A DNA stretch of 64,000 bases from Somniosus microcephalus (GCA_052327205.1 CM126232.1:21948001-22012000), one strand, 5' to 3'. Positions 9,385 to 22,884 are shown, numbered from the stretch's first letter. Notes: generated from the letters alone by a model not told the origin. Made by a program: numbers and translations.

Positions 9385-9600
9385 CTTGATCCGGACCCAG
9401 GGACGGCTCGCTGAGGCAGGCGGGCGGGCTCTGTCGAGGCCTCGCCCTCGCTTCCTGACCACCACCCAGACCATGCGCAGCAGAAACAGGCCGCCGGCGA
9501 AGGCCGTCAGCGTGTAGACGGCGAGCCAGTAACAGGCGGTGCCGGCGGCTAGCGCCATTCGGCTCGGCAGCACCAGCCGGCGCGACAACAGCTACGCCAT
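9385..9600 (-). pseudogene. EPHX3: EPHX3 exon 1 (stop at codon 3, two compensating deletions)
   Basis: MA*LLSRRLVLPSRMAL...WLAVYTLTAFAGGLFLLRMVW (membrane anchor); the conserved PPACLSEPSLG lies in another frame; ends VRIK|gtgccg. Confidence 0.85.
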
Positions 9601-9700
9601 TTTGATTCTCGGTGGAGTCCCACCCCCCTTCGCCCTCTCCCATTGGCTCCCCCCTCCCTTACCAGTGTGACCTAGCATTCTGATTGGAGGGCACTGCTAT
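9601..9700 (-). promoter_or_regulatory. EPHX3 CpG-rich proximal promoter with two CCAAT boxes
   Basis: CCAAT on the minus strand at 9642-9646 and 9683-9687, upstream of the ATG at 9600; CpG-dense 9260-9640. Confidence 0.5.
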
Positions 9701-9862
9701 CAGTCAGCGCTGAGTGGCATTACAGGTGAGATGGTGGCCAGGTGAAGGGGGGGGGGGGGGGGGCAGTAATGGTACCGAGTAACACAGAGGAAGCAAAGGG
9801 GCTCCCCTAGCAAGCAATCCGTCAATTGAGTAGAGGTGACGAAATCGCAAATATTGCTGTTA

Positions 9863-12800
9863 ACATAGAAACATAGAAACTTGGAGCAGGAGTAGGCCAT
9901 TCAGACCCTCGCGCCTGCCCCGCCATTCAATTCGATCATAGCTGATCATCCAAACTCAGTACCCTGTCCCTGCCTTCTCCCCATATCCCTTGATCCCTTT
10001 AGCCTTAAGAAATATATCTAACTCCTTCTTGAATATATTTAATGAATTGGCCTCTACTGCCTTCGGTGGTAGAGAATTCCACAGGTTCACCACTCTCTCG
10101 GTGAAGAAATTCCTCATCTCTGTCCTAAATGGCTTACCCCTTATCTTTAGACTGTGACCCCTGTCATCGAGAACATCCTGCATTTAGTCTTGTTAGAATT
10201 TTATAAGTTTCAATGAGATCCCCTCTCATTCTTCTAAACTCCAGCGAGTATAAGCCCAATCGACCCAATCTCTCCTCATACGTCATTCCTGCCATCCGAG
10301 GTATCAGTCTGGTGAATCTTTGCTGCACTCCCTCCATGGCAAGAATATCCTTCCCCAGATAAGGCAACCAAAACTGCACACAATACTCAAGGTGTGGTCT
10401 CACCAAGGCCCTGTACAACTGCACCAAGACATCCTTGTTCCTGTACTCAAACCCTCTCGCTACGAAGGCCAACATACCATTTGCCTTCTTAACCGCCTGC
10501 TGCACCTGCATGCTTACCTTCAGCGACTAGTGCACAAGGACACCCTGGTCTCGTTGCACTTCCCCTTCTCCCAATCTATTGCCGTTGAGAATAATCTGCC
10601 TTCCTGTTTTTGACACCAAAGTGGATAACCTCGCATTTATCCACATAATACTGCATCTGCCATGCATCTGCCCAATCACCCAACCTGTCCAAATCATACT
10701 GGAGTTTCTCAGCATCCTCCTCACAGCACACATGCCCACCCAGCTTTGTGTCATCTGCAAACTTGGAGATATTACATCTAGTTCCCTCGTCTAGATCATT
10801 AATATATAGTGAATAGCTGGGGTCCTAGGACCGATCCCTGCAGTACCCCACTAGTCACTGCCTGCCACTCGGGAAAAGACCTGTTTATTCCAACTCTGCT
10901 TCCTGTCTGCCAACCAGTTCCCTATCCAAGTCAGTACCTTGCCCCCAATCCCATGTGCCTTTACACGCTAATCTCTTATGCGGGATCTTATGGAAAGCCT
11001 TCTGAAAGTCCAAATACACCACATCCACTGGTTCTCCCTTATTTGTTCTACCAGTTACATCCTCAAAAAATTCCAGTAGCTTAGTCAAGCACGATTTACC
11101 TTTTGTAAATCCATGTTGACTTTGTCCGATCCTGTCACTGTTTTCCAAGTGCTCTGCTATTACATCTTTTATAATGGACTCTAGCATTTTCCCCACTACC
11201 AATGTCAGGCTTACCGGTCTATAATTCCCTGTTTTCTCTCTACTACATGTGGGGTAACATTAGCTACCCTCCAATCCATAGGAACTGTTCCAGAGTCTCT
11301 AGAATTTTGGAAGATGACCAGCAATGCATCTACTATTTCTAGGGCCACTTCCTTAAGTACCCTAAGATGTAGATTATCAGGCGCTGGGGATTTATCGGCC
11401 TTCAATCCCGTCAATTTCCCTAACACCATTTCCCTACAAATACTGATTTCATTCAGTTCCTCCCTCTCATTAGACCCTATGTTCCCCGACATCTCTGGGA
11501 GGTTATTTGCGTGCTCCTTTGTGAAGACAGAACCAAAGTATATATTTAATTGGTCTGCCATTTCTTTGTTCCCCATTATAAATTCCACTGATTCTGACTG
11601 CAAGGGACCTACAGAATCACAGAAACCCCACAGTGCAGATAGAGCCTGCACCGACACATATCCCACCCAATCCCCGTAACCCCTACACCAACACATATCC
11701 CACTCTATCCCCGTAACCCCACATATTTAATCCCCCTAACACGAAGGGTCAATTTATCATAGCCAATCAACCTAACCCGCACATCTTTGGACTGTGGGAG
11801 GAAACCGGAGCACCCGGAGGAAACCCACGCAAACACGGGGAGAATGTGCAAACTCCACACAGTCACCTGAGGCCAGATTTGAACCCGGGTCCCTGGCGCT
11901 GTGAGGCAACAGTGCTAACCACTATGCCACCGTGCTGCCTTTACTTTACCAATCTTTTACTTTACGCTTGACTTTACCAATCTTTTTCTCTTCACATATC
12001 TATAAAAGCTTTGAGTCAGTTTTTATGTTCGCTGCAAGCTTACTCTCATACTCTATTTCCCCCCCCCCCTCTTAATTAATCCCTTTGTCCTCCTTTGCTG
12101 AATCCTAAACTGCTCCCAATCCTCAGGTTTACTGCTTTTTCTGGCCAATTTATATGTCCTCTCCTTGGATCTTATGCTATCCCTAATTTCCCTTGTTAGC
12201 CATGGTTGAGTCACCTTTTTTGTTTTATTTTTATGCCAAACAGGGATGAACAAATTCTGTAGTTCATCCATGCGATCTTTGAATGTTTGCCATTGTCTAT
12301 CCACCATCAACCCTTTGAGTAACATTCCCCAATCAATCCTACCCAACTCGCGCCTCATACCATCATAGTTTCCTTTATTTAAATTCAGGACCCTAGTCTC
12401 CGAGTCAACTACTTCACTCTCCATCTTAATGAAGAATTCTATCATATTATGATCGCTCCGCTCCAAGGGGCCTCGCACAAGATTGCTAATTAATCCTCTC
12501 TCATTACATAATACCCAGTCTAAGATGGCCTGGTCTCCAGTTGGTTCTTCGACATATTGGTCCAGGAAACCATCCTGTAAGCACGCCAGGAATTACTCCT
12601 CCACAGTATTGTTACTAATTTGGTTAGCCCAATCTATGTAGATTAAAGTCACCCATGATAACTTCTGTGCCCTTATTGCACGCGTCTCTAATTTCCCATT
12701 TAATGCCATTCCCAACCTCCGCATTACTGTTTGGGGGTCTGTATACCACTCCCACTAACGGTTTCTGCCCCTTAGTATTTCTCAATTCTACCCATAGATT

Positions 12801-13790
12801 CCACATCATCAGAGCTAATATCCTTCCTTACAATTGTGTTAATCCCTTCTTTAACCAGTAATGCTATCCCACATCCCTTTCCTTTTTGCCTATCTTTCCT
12901 AAATATCAAATACCCCTGGATGTTGAGTTCCCAGCCTTGGCCATCCTTGAGCCACGTTTCCGTAATCCCAACCAAATCATATTCATTTACCTCTATTTGC
13001 GCAGCCAATTCATCCACCTTATTACGAATGCTCCTCGCATTAAGACACAAAGCCTTCAGGCTTGTTTTTTTAACGCTCTTAGACCTATTAGAATTATTAT
13101 TTACTGTGGTCACGTTTGATTTAAACCGTTGATTTCTCTGACTGCCACTTTTGTTTATCTCCTTCCTATCTTTTGCTTTTATCCTTGTTTCCCTTTCCTC
13201 TGTCTCCCTGCTCAGGTTCCCAACCCCCTGCCATTTTAGTTTAAACCCTCCCCCAGAGCACTAGCAAACACTCCCCCAGGACATCAGTTCCAGCCCTGCC
13301 CAGGTGCAAACCGTCCGGTTTGAACTGGTCCCACCTCCCCCAGAACCGGTTCCAATGTCCCAAGAACATGAATTCCCTCCCCGTTGCACCATTCCTTTAG
13401 CCATGTATTCATCTGAAATATCCTTCTATTTCTACTCTGACTAGCACGTGGCACTGGTAGCAATCCTGAGATTACTACCTTTTTGAGGTCCTATTTTTTA
13501 AAATTTACCTTCTAACTCCCTATATTCAGCTTTTAGGACCTCATCCCGCTTTTTACCTATATCATTGGTGCCTATATGCACCACGACAACTGGCTGTTCA
13601 CCCTCCCCTTCCAAGATGTTCTGCAGCCGCTCCGAGACATCCTTGACCCTTGCACCAGGGAGGCAACACACCATCCTGGAGTCTCGTTTGCGGCCACAGA
13701 AACGCCTATCTATTCCCCTTACAATAGAATCCCCTATTACTATAGCTCTACCCCTCTTTTTCCTCCCGTGCTGTGCAGCAGAGCCACCCC
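9863..13790 (-). mobile_element. Near-full-length CR1 LINE (3' part of ORF1 esterase, ORF2 EN+RT), degraded
   Basis: ORF1 SGNH-like AIVIGDSIVRG...CLPGARVKD...VVHIGTND; EN CLNARSIRNK...GITETWL, GVVYRPP, IMGDFN; RT QHGFTKGKSCLT...VYLDFQKAF; C-terminus [10 protein letters not shown]; (tttctatg)n tail at 9863. Confidence 0.95.
11611..11939 (-). mobile_element. HE1 / V-SINE nested in the CR1
   Basis: Reverse complement ggcagcacggtggcatagtggttagcact...gggttcaaat...gtgtggagtttgcacattctccccgtg...gggtttcctccgggtgctccggtttcctcccacagtccaaag (V-domain). Confidence 0.92.
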
Positions 13791-14854
13791 TACAAAATTA
13801 TTTATTTTTTGCAGAATGTTAAATTTCTTAAACTATGATAAAAATTACAATAAAAAAAAATGAAGTTTGTTCATGAGTGCAGTTTTTATCTTAACCCCTA
13901 ATCTTTATTTTCGCTCTCTAACATTTTCAAAAACTGCAGATAATTAGTGCTTTTCATTTCCTGGTTTGCTGTCTGTGAGAATTCTTCAATGTGATTGGGT
14001 GCTTTGACAGCTGGATGACGATACTGCTGCACTACACTAGGAATCCCCTATCCACAGTGCTACAATCAATTACATGTCTGGCAGCCTAAAGTTTTCTCGC
14101 GATCTCTCTGGGCAGCTTTCTTCGCCGTCATATCGCTACTGACCACAAATTATGGGCCATTGTTCCTGTGTTAGGCAAGAAAAAAGGACTAGTTCCATGA
14201 TGACTTTGTCATAAGAGATAGCGTCGGTGTCCTGTGAAAGTTGCACTGTAGCCTAGCCGTTAGCGCACTTTCCCTTTTATCTTCTTCCCATCTCTCATTT
14301 CTTGATCCTTATTCCTTTTTAATTCACCCACCACTTGAATCTCCTTGATTTGTTGATCTCACTTATTTGCCCTATCTGAGAATCTCAACGATCATGAGGT
14401 GCGGGAGCTGTGAACTCCTGCTGAAATCTGAAGCCTTAAAAGGTTACGAAGTTGAAGTTCATAGACACAGACACGAGACGACACGGAGTCGTTCTTATCA
14501 AGAAGGACCTTCAAACACTAGTACGATAGCAAAATACTGCAGATGCTGGAAATCCGAAACAACAGAAAATGCTGGAAAAACTCAGGAGGTCAGGCAACAT
14601 CCTTCAGACGCTAGAATTGTTTTTTGCTGCATAACCTTGACTGCAAGTTGGAAAGTTACAGTCCGTACAAGAAATATCAAAAACCATGATAAAGTATTGT
14701 AACTTGCACTCTCAAGTTTCCTTGAGGGAGAGACACACATGATAGGATATGCTGTAAACCAAATACTGGTAATTAGTCTCACTGATTATAGTGTAAGAGC
14801 AGAGTCCATGAGTAAGAGTGAGAATCTGCAGTAGATTAGAGAGTAATTTAACCT

Positions 14855-15130
14855 CCCAAACACACGACCTCTAGCACCGAGGACAAGGGCAGCAGGCGCA
14901 TGGGAACACTTATCAAATCCAAGTTCCCCTCCCAAGTCACACATCCTGACTTGGAAATATATCGCCGTTCCTTCCTCGTCGCTGGGTCAAAATCCTGGAA
15001 CTCCCTCCCTAACAGCACTGTGGGACCACCTTCACCACACGGACTGCAGCGGTCCAAGAAGGCGGCTCACCACCATCTTCCCAAGGGCAATTAGGGATGG
15101 GCAATAAATGCCAGCCTTGCCAGCAAAGCT
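14855..15130 (+). mobile_element. Non-LTR retrotransposon 3' end (further copies 21695-21950 +, 52460-52590 -)
   Basis: FLVAGSKSWNSLPNSTVG...KKAAHHHL ORF end plus tail gggcaattagggatgggcaataaatgc. Confidence 0.75.
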
Positions 15131-16289
15131 CATCACAATTCCAAATTAAAAGAGAGTTTTCAGGGAGAGGGTGGAGAGATTTCCTCAATGTGTTCTATGT
15201 AACCAGAACGTGTTATGAATTTCTTTAACATACTGAATGGAGAAAATGTTCCCCATCTTTGTCGTAAGTGGCAACTTGTGTAATGGGATGGTGCTTACAC
15301 CATATCCTTGGTTATGAAGTCTGTTTTATGCAATATTTATTTTAAACTAGTTTACAGGATGTGGGCAACATTGGGAAGGCTGCATTTATTACCCATCCAT
15401 ATTGCCTTGAGAAGGAGATGATGGACCTTTAGTGCGGGATGATGTTCCTATGATATAGGGCGAGATAAAGAAAGGTGGGAGCAGGCTCGTGTGGAGCATT
15501 ACCGGCATACACGGTTAGGCCGAATGGCCTGTTTCTGTACTGTAAAACTCTACATAATATTGTTACTCATATCTAAAACGACTTTCCCAATTATCTTTTC
15601 TCCTCTCCCAAGCACTGGACTATGCTCGAGTAGTTCCACAGGTGGTAGCAGCCCTCCAGTACGTAGCCCAAGTGGCCAGCGCTTAACATGCACACCTGGA
15701 CAGTGACCGGCGGTGGGCTATTCAACCACAAGGCATCGGAGCCAAGTTGACTCCGCCCACACAACTGTGCTTCCAACGGGCTCTGGCAAGCAGCAATCAA
15801 CCCTTGCTGATTCCGCCCCCTGCCATCGGACAGGGCTTCTGCTGATCACTGTGCAGTGACCTCTGCTGCCAAGTGTATGTGTGGACATAGGAACATGCAA
15901 TCAGGACAGGATCTGGCTGAGCTGCAATGTCCCCATACTAAATAGTTTGTACACAAGAATAGCCCCTTGGGCAGGTTGGTAGAGCAGTGATAGCATTTAC
16001 TATCAGAGTTAATGTTCAGTAGAGGAGTGGAGAACAGGAAGGGGACAGAGGGATAACATTTTAAAGTGTCAATCCTGATTTAATAATGCTCGTATTCAAT
16101 GGAATCTAACTTCTCATTCTCTCTCCTCCCAGCACATTTGATTTTTTTTTTTTTAATTAGATGATCAGGTTGGGTATGTCACCTCAGTTCATTTTTTAAT
16201 GCAGCCCATTCACACCATTTAAGTCGATATTAATAATGTAGATCGAGAAAAATCATTAATGGACCTAACTTTACCCCACCACATTGTTA

Positions 16290-16582
16290 CCTAGAAACAT
16301 AGAAGATAGGAGCAGGAGTAGGCCATTCGGCCCCTCGAGCCTGCTCCGCCATTCAATGCGATCATGGCTGATCATCCAAATTCAGTACCCTGTCCCTGCT
16401 TTCTCTCCATATCCCTTGATCCCTTTAGCCTTAAGAAATATATCCAACTCCCTCTTGAATATATTTAATGAATTGGCCTCTACTGCCTTCTGTGGTAGAG
16501 AATTCCACAGGTTCACCACTCTCTGGGTGAAGAAATTCCTCCTCATCTCTGTCCTAAATGGCTTACCCCTTATCCATAGACT
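16290..16582 (-). mobile_element. Young CR1 3' fragment
   Basis: Nearly identical to 9870-10155 ([63 protein letters not shown]). Confidence 0.92.
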
Positions 16583-17133
16583 GTTCAAAGCTAAGCAGGA
16601 AACTGGAGAAATGAAAAGACGAGACATGCATTTTGGTGTCGATTCTTTTGCACAAAGCGAGGCAAGAGCTGAAAGCTGGGGGCACACCTTTAAAATTCAT
16701 GGCGTTCAGGAACAGGGATGGATTTCCTGAGGCTTTGTTTCCAAAGTAAGTGAAAGGTACGGTTTCTGAGCTAAAGAATACTTTGAAACAATCCTCATCC
16801 ATTCAAGAACCATGGGCTTTCTAAATCAGTACAATCGATGACAAACTTTCTTGCCCCCACCCCCCAAAAATCCAATCGTGATTGCATAAGGAGGGTTAAT
16901 TCAGTAGAGAGGATTAGGAAATTTCCGCTTCCATCAGCCAGTGTAATCCATCCAAACTTCACTTGTGAAGTGGCGGATCAGACTGGCCTATATGAATTTT
17001 TTAAAAAAGGTCACAGCAAATCCCAAAACTTGGCCTTTGCCAAGTTTCCATTTGATTTCCACACTATATGTGGCACAATTCAGTCACATTATTCCAAACC
17101 GGAATTATATTCATTCCATATTCAGTAAAAATG

Positions 17134-17139
17134 TTTATT
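17134..17139 (-). terminator. Candidate distal BRD4 poly(A) signal AATAAA
   Basis: tttatt on + at the edge of a repeat-poor, U/UGUA-rich block (17.1-20.5 kb). Confidence 0.4.
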
Positions 17140-20100
17140 TCAACAATAACTGCACAAAAGCCTTAGTAATTCAAGTGGAAAAATCGAGTAATTTCTTTCT
17201 ACAAATGTCTTAAGTGTTTAATACAAGCATTTTCATATTCAACATAATTAGAGAACTCGGGCACTCGAGTACATGAGTGACACTGTCATTTTGTTTTACA
17301 TTAAAAAAGGCTGACTAACCCATTTAATAACTAGTTTACATCACATTATGATGCTTTCAATCAAACAGTCCACAAAACAAACACTAAATAGTGTAAAACG
17401 TGCCCTGCCTGTAGAGCACACACAAACAGGAGAGAAAAGGACTGTAAATATCTCTGGCAGGTAGCCAAAAATGAAAGTATTGCATTGTATATCGAACAGC
17501 CCATTTAATCTCTCCAAGTGGGGGGGGAAAGCACACAAGAAATGAGGAGCAAAATACAAATAAAACCACATTACTGGAAAAAAACCAGACTGTAGAGTGT
17601 AATCTGTAAACATTTGCACATCAGAAAGTTTTAAATGTGTATTGATCAAAATAAAATGAACGCATCACCTCAGTGTCTCAGACTCAAATCCTAATCTATA
17701 ACAATGGACAATATTTAGCAAATTCAAAATACAGTTTGAAACAAATTTAAAAAGGCTACTGTGTCTAACGTCTTAATACAAATATTTTGTTCTCGGCTTA
17801 CATATATAAATTATTTATATACATATTTTTTCCCCCACACCCCAAAAGTTGTGCATTCGGGTTTTTTTTTTAAAAAAACACTTGCAATCCATTGTGTGCG
17901 AAGTACATAGATATTGGTTTAAAACATACTTGGAATCATACCGCTGTGCGCAAAGTACCCACTGAACCCTGAGCGTAGAGAATGAGCAACTCCTGCAGAA
18001 GACTGTGCTGCTTTTAAAAAAGCTCGTTCACAGATTGCTCCATAGTCCCAAATATCACTGGTGGCTCCCACACTCCTTGTTACCATGTTTATTTGCAACT
18101 GCTGCTCAGGCACCCCGAGATCAGACATTTTGTGTAACACTGCCCCAGCCAAAGATGTCTTGGGGATGTTGCGAAATGAAAAGGCAACATAATTGGAAGT
18201 GTTTCCCAGATCTTGATGTTACTCATTCACATTAATGAAATGTAACAATGGCACGCAGTGGGTAGTCGCACCCAGTCCATCTCTTAACAAGCAGTTTTAA
18301 ATAGCATGTACAGTATAGGGAGAAATGACTGAGACATCACAAAGTGTACAGATGTATCTCCCTTTATAACATTTAGTATTGTTGGGCAGTTCAGGGAGTA
18401 CCATGCGAGCAGAGGGTTGTCGAACACAGTGATAATTGCTGCATTTGACCAGTCCAGGTTTCCAGAAAGCATAACATTTCTACTGTGTTGGATGAATAAA
18501 CCCACATTACTGAACAGCATTTTGCAATTACTAGTCATTTTTAATTATTAGCTATTTGATTTTTTTTTTTTTCCCAACAGCCAAATCCAAAAGGTTTTAC
18601 TACCCAAAAATATCCAGCTTAAAAAACTTAAGGCAATTGCATCTCGGTTTTGCCAATAACTGGTTAAACAAAGAAAGGGCAGAAATGTTTTTATCCAAAC
18701 TAAACTGGAGACATAATAGGATTCAGCCAACTCCGGTGATGGGGGTTGAAGCCACTTTAAAATGCAACAGTTGAACTGCACGAGGGACTAGCACAAAAGC
18801 CCTAATTTCCTCGACCTCCTCAGTTATTTAAAAGGCTAACCGCTGGCCACAGTGTGGGGCAGATGTTTGCTGCACTGAAGTGCTCCATACAGGTCCTTCT
18901 GTGAGTGAGGTGAAAGACGAAGTGACATTTGCCATCAAGACCGCACAAAATCTTTCTCCTCCCACCTCCGAGCGAGGGGCACTAGTGGAAGAAAATCTCA
19001 TTGCCAACACTTTTTAAGTGTTGTATGATATAATCCTCAACGCCAAGTGCACAAGGCGGGGGGGGGCAAGAGGGAGGTTTCTACACCAAGGTATAAACCG
19101 ATAAATGCGGCACACAAAACATTATTGGAGGTCTATAAAGCAACTTCAATTCCAATAAATCATCAGACATTACGAGAATGCTGAATACCTTTAAAAGCAG
19201 GAGTTCCTTGTCTTCATCGGCTGGCAGGCCACATAGAAAGTATAAACCAATGTTTCCATTAATTCACGTGAACCTTAAGCTGCAAATATGAACAGATCTT
19301 GTTCTGTTTCAGGAGTTATCCACGCATGAGGCAATAGCACTAACAGCCCAATCCAAGCCACCAGCCCCACAAAAAGAAAGTCAGAAATCCAAGTACAGAT
19401 AGAATCGAGTTTGCCTGGGCTTCACAGGTTGGATTGCCAGTTTTCAGGCCACATATGGTCTTGGACACCCCAGTTCAGGTACAGCTAAGCCCTCGGTTTA
19501 ATTATTGCTGATACTGTTTTAAGACAAACGCTAAATAAGCACTTGTTCAACACAGTGCTGGCCTTTGAACAAATGATGCTATTTCAGCACTGGTCACAGA
19601 GGGGCTGTTACAAATGGTTAGGTCAAGGATGAGAAGATTGCACGAATTCAGACTAGAGAGCAAAATGCACGTTTATGTTTACATGGTGCTGTGGGAGCGG
19701 TAGCCACTCCTGAAGGGATGCCTTACAAGGGTGGTGAAAATTGTATAAAAATCAGATTAAACTTCAGTGAACTTGTCTTCAAAACCCACGGGTGGCCAAT
19801 GCTCAGACTTGAGCAGTTTCAATAATTGACTATGGTCGGTATTCAGTTCGTTGCCACAGACCATTTCACACTGCATATTTTTATGGGGGGGGGGGGGGGG
19901 AAATTAAATACCGCCCAACAGGAATCCTATTTCACACCAATAAAGCACATCTAGTCAACTGTGAAGGAATCAGTGCTCTAAAGCGAGTCAACTTTTTTTT
20001 CTGGGGTACAGAAAATCTGGGAATCTAGGAGTAATGAAGATGAGGGACTGATTTTTTAAAAAAGTACTTAAAGTAAATATTAGATGTTCTATGACTGTTT

Positions 20101-20544
20101 CCAAAATGCAGGATTTCTCTGGTTTCAAGACACTATTTTAGTTAACAAGTTTAACTCCCAGCTACTTACATTGTTAATGCAAATGTACGGCAAACGTTTT
20201 ATCGGTTCGTCAGGAGGAAGCCAAAACAGGGCATACAAGTCTGGATAAACAGCACAATAGTCACCGCAAAATTTTATCACTTTTTAATGCCACAACGTCC
20301 ACTTATTGCTCCACATGAACCTCAGCATTGATAAACACGGTTGAAAACTCAAGCTAAGTTGTGCAAAGCACCTCCCAAAGTTGGCAAGCCATTTATGCAA
20401 TCGCAGCTGTGTTGTCTTTTTGAGGCAAAGATTCTCCGAGCCCTCTGTCCCAAACCCCTCGAAACAGGAGCCTCCAAAAGTTGCAGATGCAACTTGTCTC
20501 TGTTGAGCATCACCAAATTCCAACGCTGATTGAAAAAGTTGACT

Positions 20545-21010
20545 AGCATGATACCGGGGGCGGAGGGAGAGACTATGTGGCGAGACTAGAGAAGCTGGGA
20601 TTGTTCTCCTTAGAGCAGAGAAGGTTAAGGAGAGATTTAATAGGTGTTCAAAATTATGAAGCATTTTGATAGCGTGAATAAGGAGAAACTGTTTCCACTG
20701 GCAGGAGAGTCGGTAAACAGAGGACACAGGTTGAAGATAATGGGCAAAAGAACCAGAGGCGAGATGAGGAGAATTAAAAAATATATATATATATATTTAT
20801 GATCTGGAATGCTGTGCCTTAAAGGGTGGTGGGAAGCGCATTCAATAATAACTTTCAAAAGTGAATTCAAAATTTAACTTTGAGGAAAAAATGTGCAGGG
20901 CGATGGGGAAAGAGAAGGGGTGTGGGCCTAATTGGGTAGCTCTTTCAAAGAGCTAGCATAGGCACGATGGGCCGAAGGGCCTCTCCTTCTGTGCTGTACG
21001 ATTCTATGAA
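20545..21010 (+). mobile_element. CR1 3' fragment
   Basis: gaagctgggattgttctccttagagcagagaagg...gggccgaagggcct...ctgtgctgtacgattctatg. Confidence 0.85.
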
Positions 21011-22878
21011 TGACGAGGTGTGCTCGAATTGTGAAATTTACCTGGTGACATGAAACGTCCCAAATTTAATTCTGACATGACCCAACACTTCAGACAAAAG
21101 GGGGGTGTCCTGATTTTACACCAACCCGCTTCCGAATAGGAGGCCTTCAGTCAGAGCTGCCCGACTCCACAAGCTGCAGAATGAACTGACTGAAAGCATC
21201 AATTCAGATTTAGAAGATGCAAAAGTGTCAGTTTTCTTTTGAAACCACATTGTATTTTGTTGGGAGGGAACTGAATTTTTACAAAATAAATCAGTTTCTG
21301 CCCACCCCACAGAAGAAACCAACATTCCAACGCTGCCCGTGACCAGTTCATTGAAGCAGTCTCGAACTTACTCCGAACAAGGCGAGAATTACAAAAATCA
21401 GTTTATAAAGGTGCTTTGTTTTCTAGAGTAACTAAAAACATACCTTTGAGGATCAGTTTCTCCACTTCAAGTTCAGCTACCCAGTACAAGAAAATAGTTA
21501 AACAATTTTAAACATGTCCCCTTTCTTTCAAGTAAAAGCACCCTATGTATGATATATTAATACACGAGTACATCATTAAACTGGTGCGCGAGTACACAAG
21601 GTTCCTGCATAGAGACTGTTGCAATGGTAATTGCTTCAGCTATTCTGGGGTCTTCAGTTCCTTCCCCAGTGAACGCCGTTTTAGTACATTTCTCCAGGGC
21701 AGCAGGCACATGGGAACATCACCATCTCCAAGTCACACACACACCATCCTGACTTGGAAGTATATCGCCGATCCTTCATCGTTGCTGGGTCAAAATCCTG
21801 GAACTCCCGCTCTATCAGCACTGTGGGAGTACCCTCACCCCATGGACTGCAGCAGTTCAAGAAGGAGGCTCACCACCACCTTCTCAAGAGCGACTAAGGA
21901 TGGTCAAGAAATGCTGGCCTTGCCCACATCCCATGAAAGAATAAAATAAAAAGTTGGATACCATCATACTTCTGTTGCGATTGTGTGAACATTCACGGAC
22001 ATTTTCCAAGAACTTTGAGGAAAATGCAGAGGAGCCTTCGTTTCACTCGGTGTCATCCCTGTTAACTGGTGTAGAATCCATTGAACCATAGTTTACAGCA
22101 CAGGAGGCGGCCATTCGGCCCATCGTGTCTGTTCCAGCTCTTGGCTAGAGCAATCCAAAACAAATTCCAATATCCCTCTCTCCTCTATGGGCGTTGTACC
22201 TTTCTCTGCTTTCCATTAATTTATTAGCACACGTTTCAGGCAATTTGGAGTTTGGGAACCATCTAGAGCATTATCTGGCGCGGCCCATTTAAAACGTGCA
22301 TTCCTTGTCCTCATAGCCGCAGGAGTTCGCCAAGAAAGATCCAACAGAAAAAGACATGCGCGGTTTTACTACAGCTGTAGGGGCTCCTTTTCCCATCGTA
22401 TTTTACATCAGGTGGCAGAGAAACTCCGTCAATAAAACAAATAGATCGCGACTGAAAATATTGCTGGGTCCAACTCCTTCAAACTCCTCAGGTTTACCAC
22501 GTTCTGTCATCTGCCAGTCTGGCATTTCTGTCCATCCACTCAACAGCACGTATCAAAGAGCTATTCACAGCTGATCGGTTTCCTGGCAAGTATCTGAAAG
22601 CCTTAACTGTCACGTAAAGATGTGTGTTCCTAGCAGCAATGCTGACAATTTACAGGAAGTTGTGTAAAAACTGAATTCTAAGTAACACTTTCTTCACCCC
22701 ACCCCCCAAAAAACATGTATTCTTGCCTTTATTTAAGATGCATCATCTCTATGCTAAACAAATATCAGCACACACTCCAAAACAGGTGGCAACTAGGTAT
22801 CCGTCACTCCAGCAGAACACCATGGAACAGCGTCTCTGGTTTAAGAAAAAGACACCAGTGTATTGTATAAAAGGTGTG

Positions 22879-22884
22879 TTTATT
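22879..22884 (-). terminator. Candidate proximal BRD4 poly(A) signal AATAAA
   Basis: tgAATAAAcacac about 1.6 kb past the stop, ending a repeat-free AU-rich UTR. Confidence 0.55.

Larger units (their letters stand above)
3075..9600 (-). pseudogene. EPHX3: Epoxide hydrolase 3 (alpha/beta hydrolase, EPHX3/EPHX4 family) pseudogene, exons 1-6
   Basis: Six exons with GT-AG boundaries encode HGFPEFW, GHDWGG nucleophile and PLNYYRN motifs. Lesions: TAG at codon 3 (9592-9594), two frame-shifting deletions in exon 1, TAA at 7065-7067 and a +1 frameshift in exon 3. Position downstream of BRD4 on the same strand matches mammalian EPHX3 synteny. Confidence 0.85.

Noticed and set aside
9226-9588. ORF suggesting an intact EPHX3 first exon
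   Set aside because: The true start at 9600 is followed by TAG, the conserved motif is out of frame, and exon 3 has a stop.
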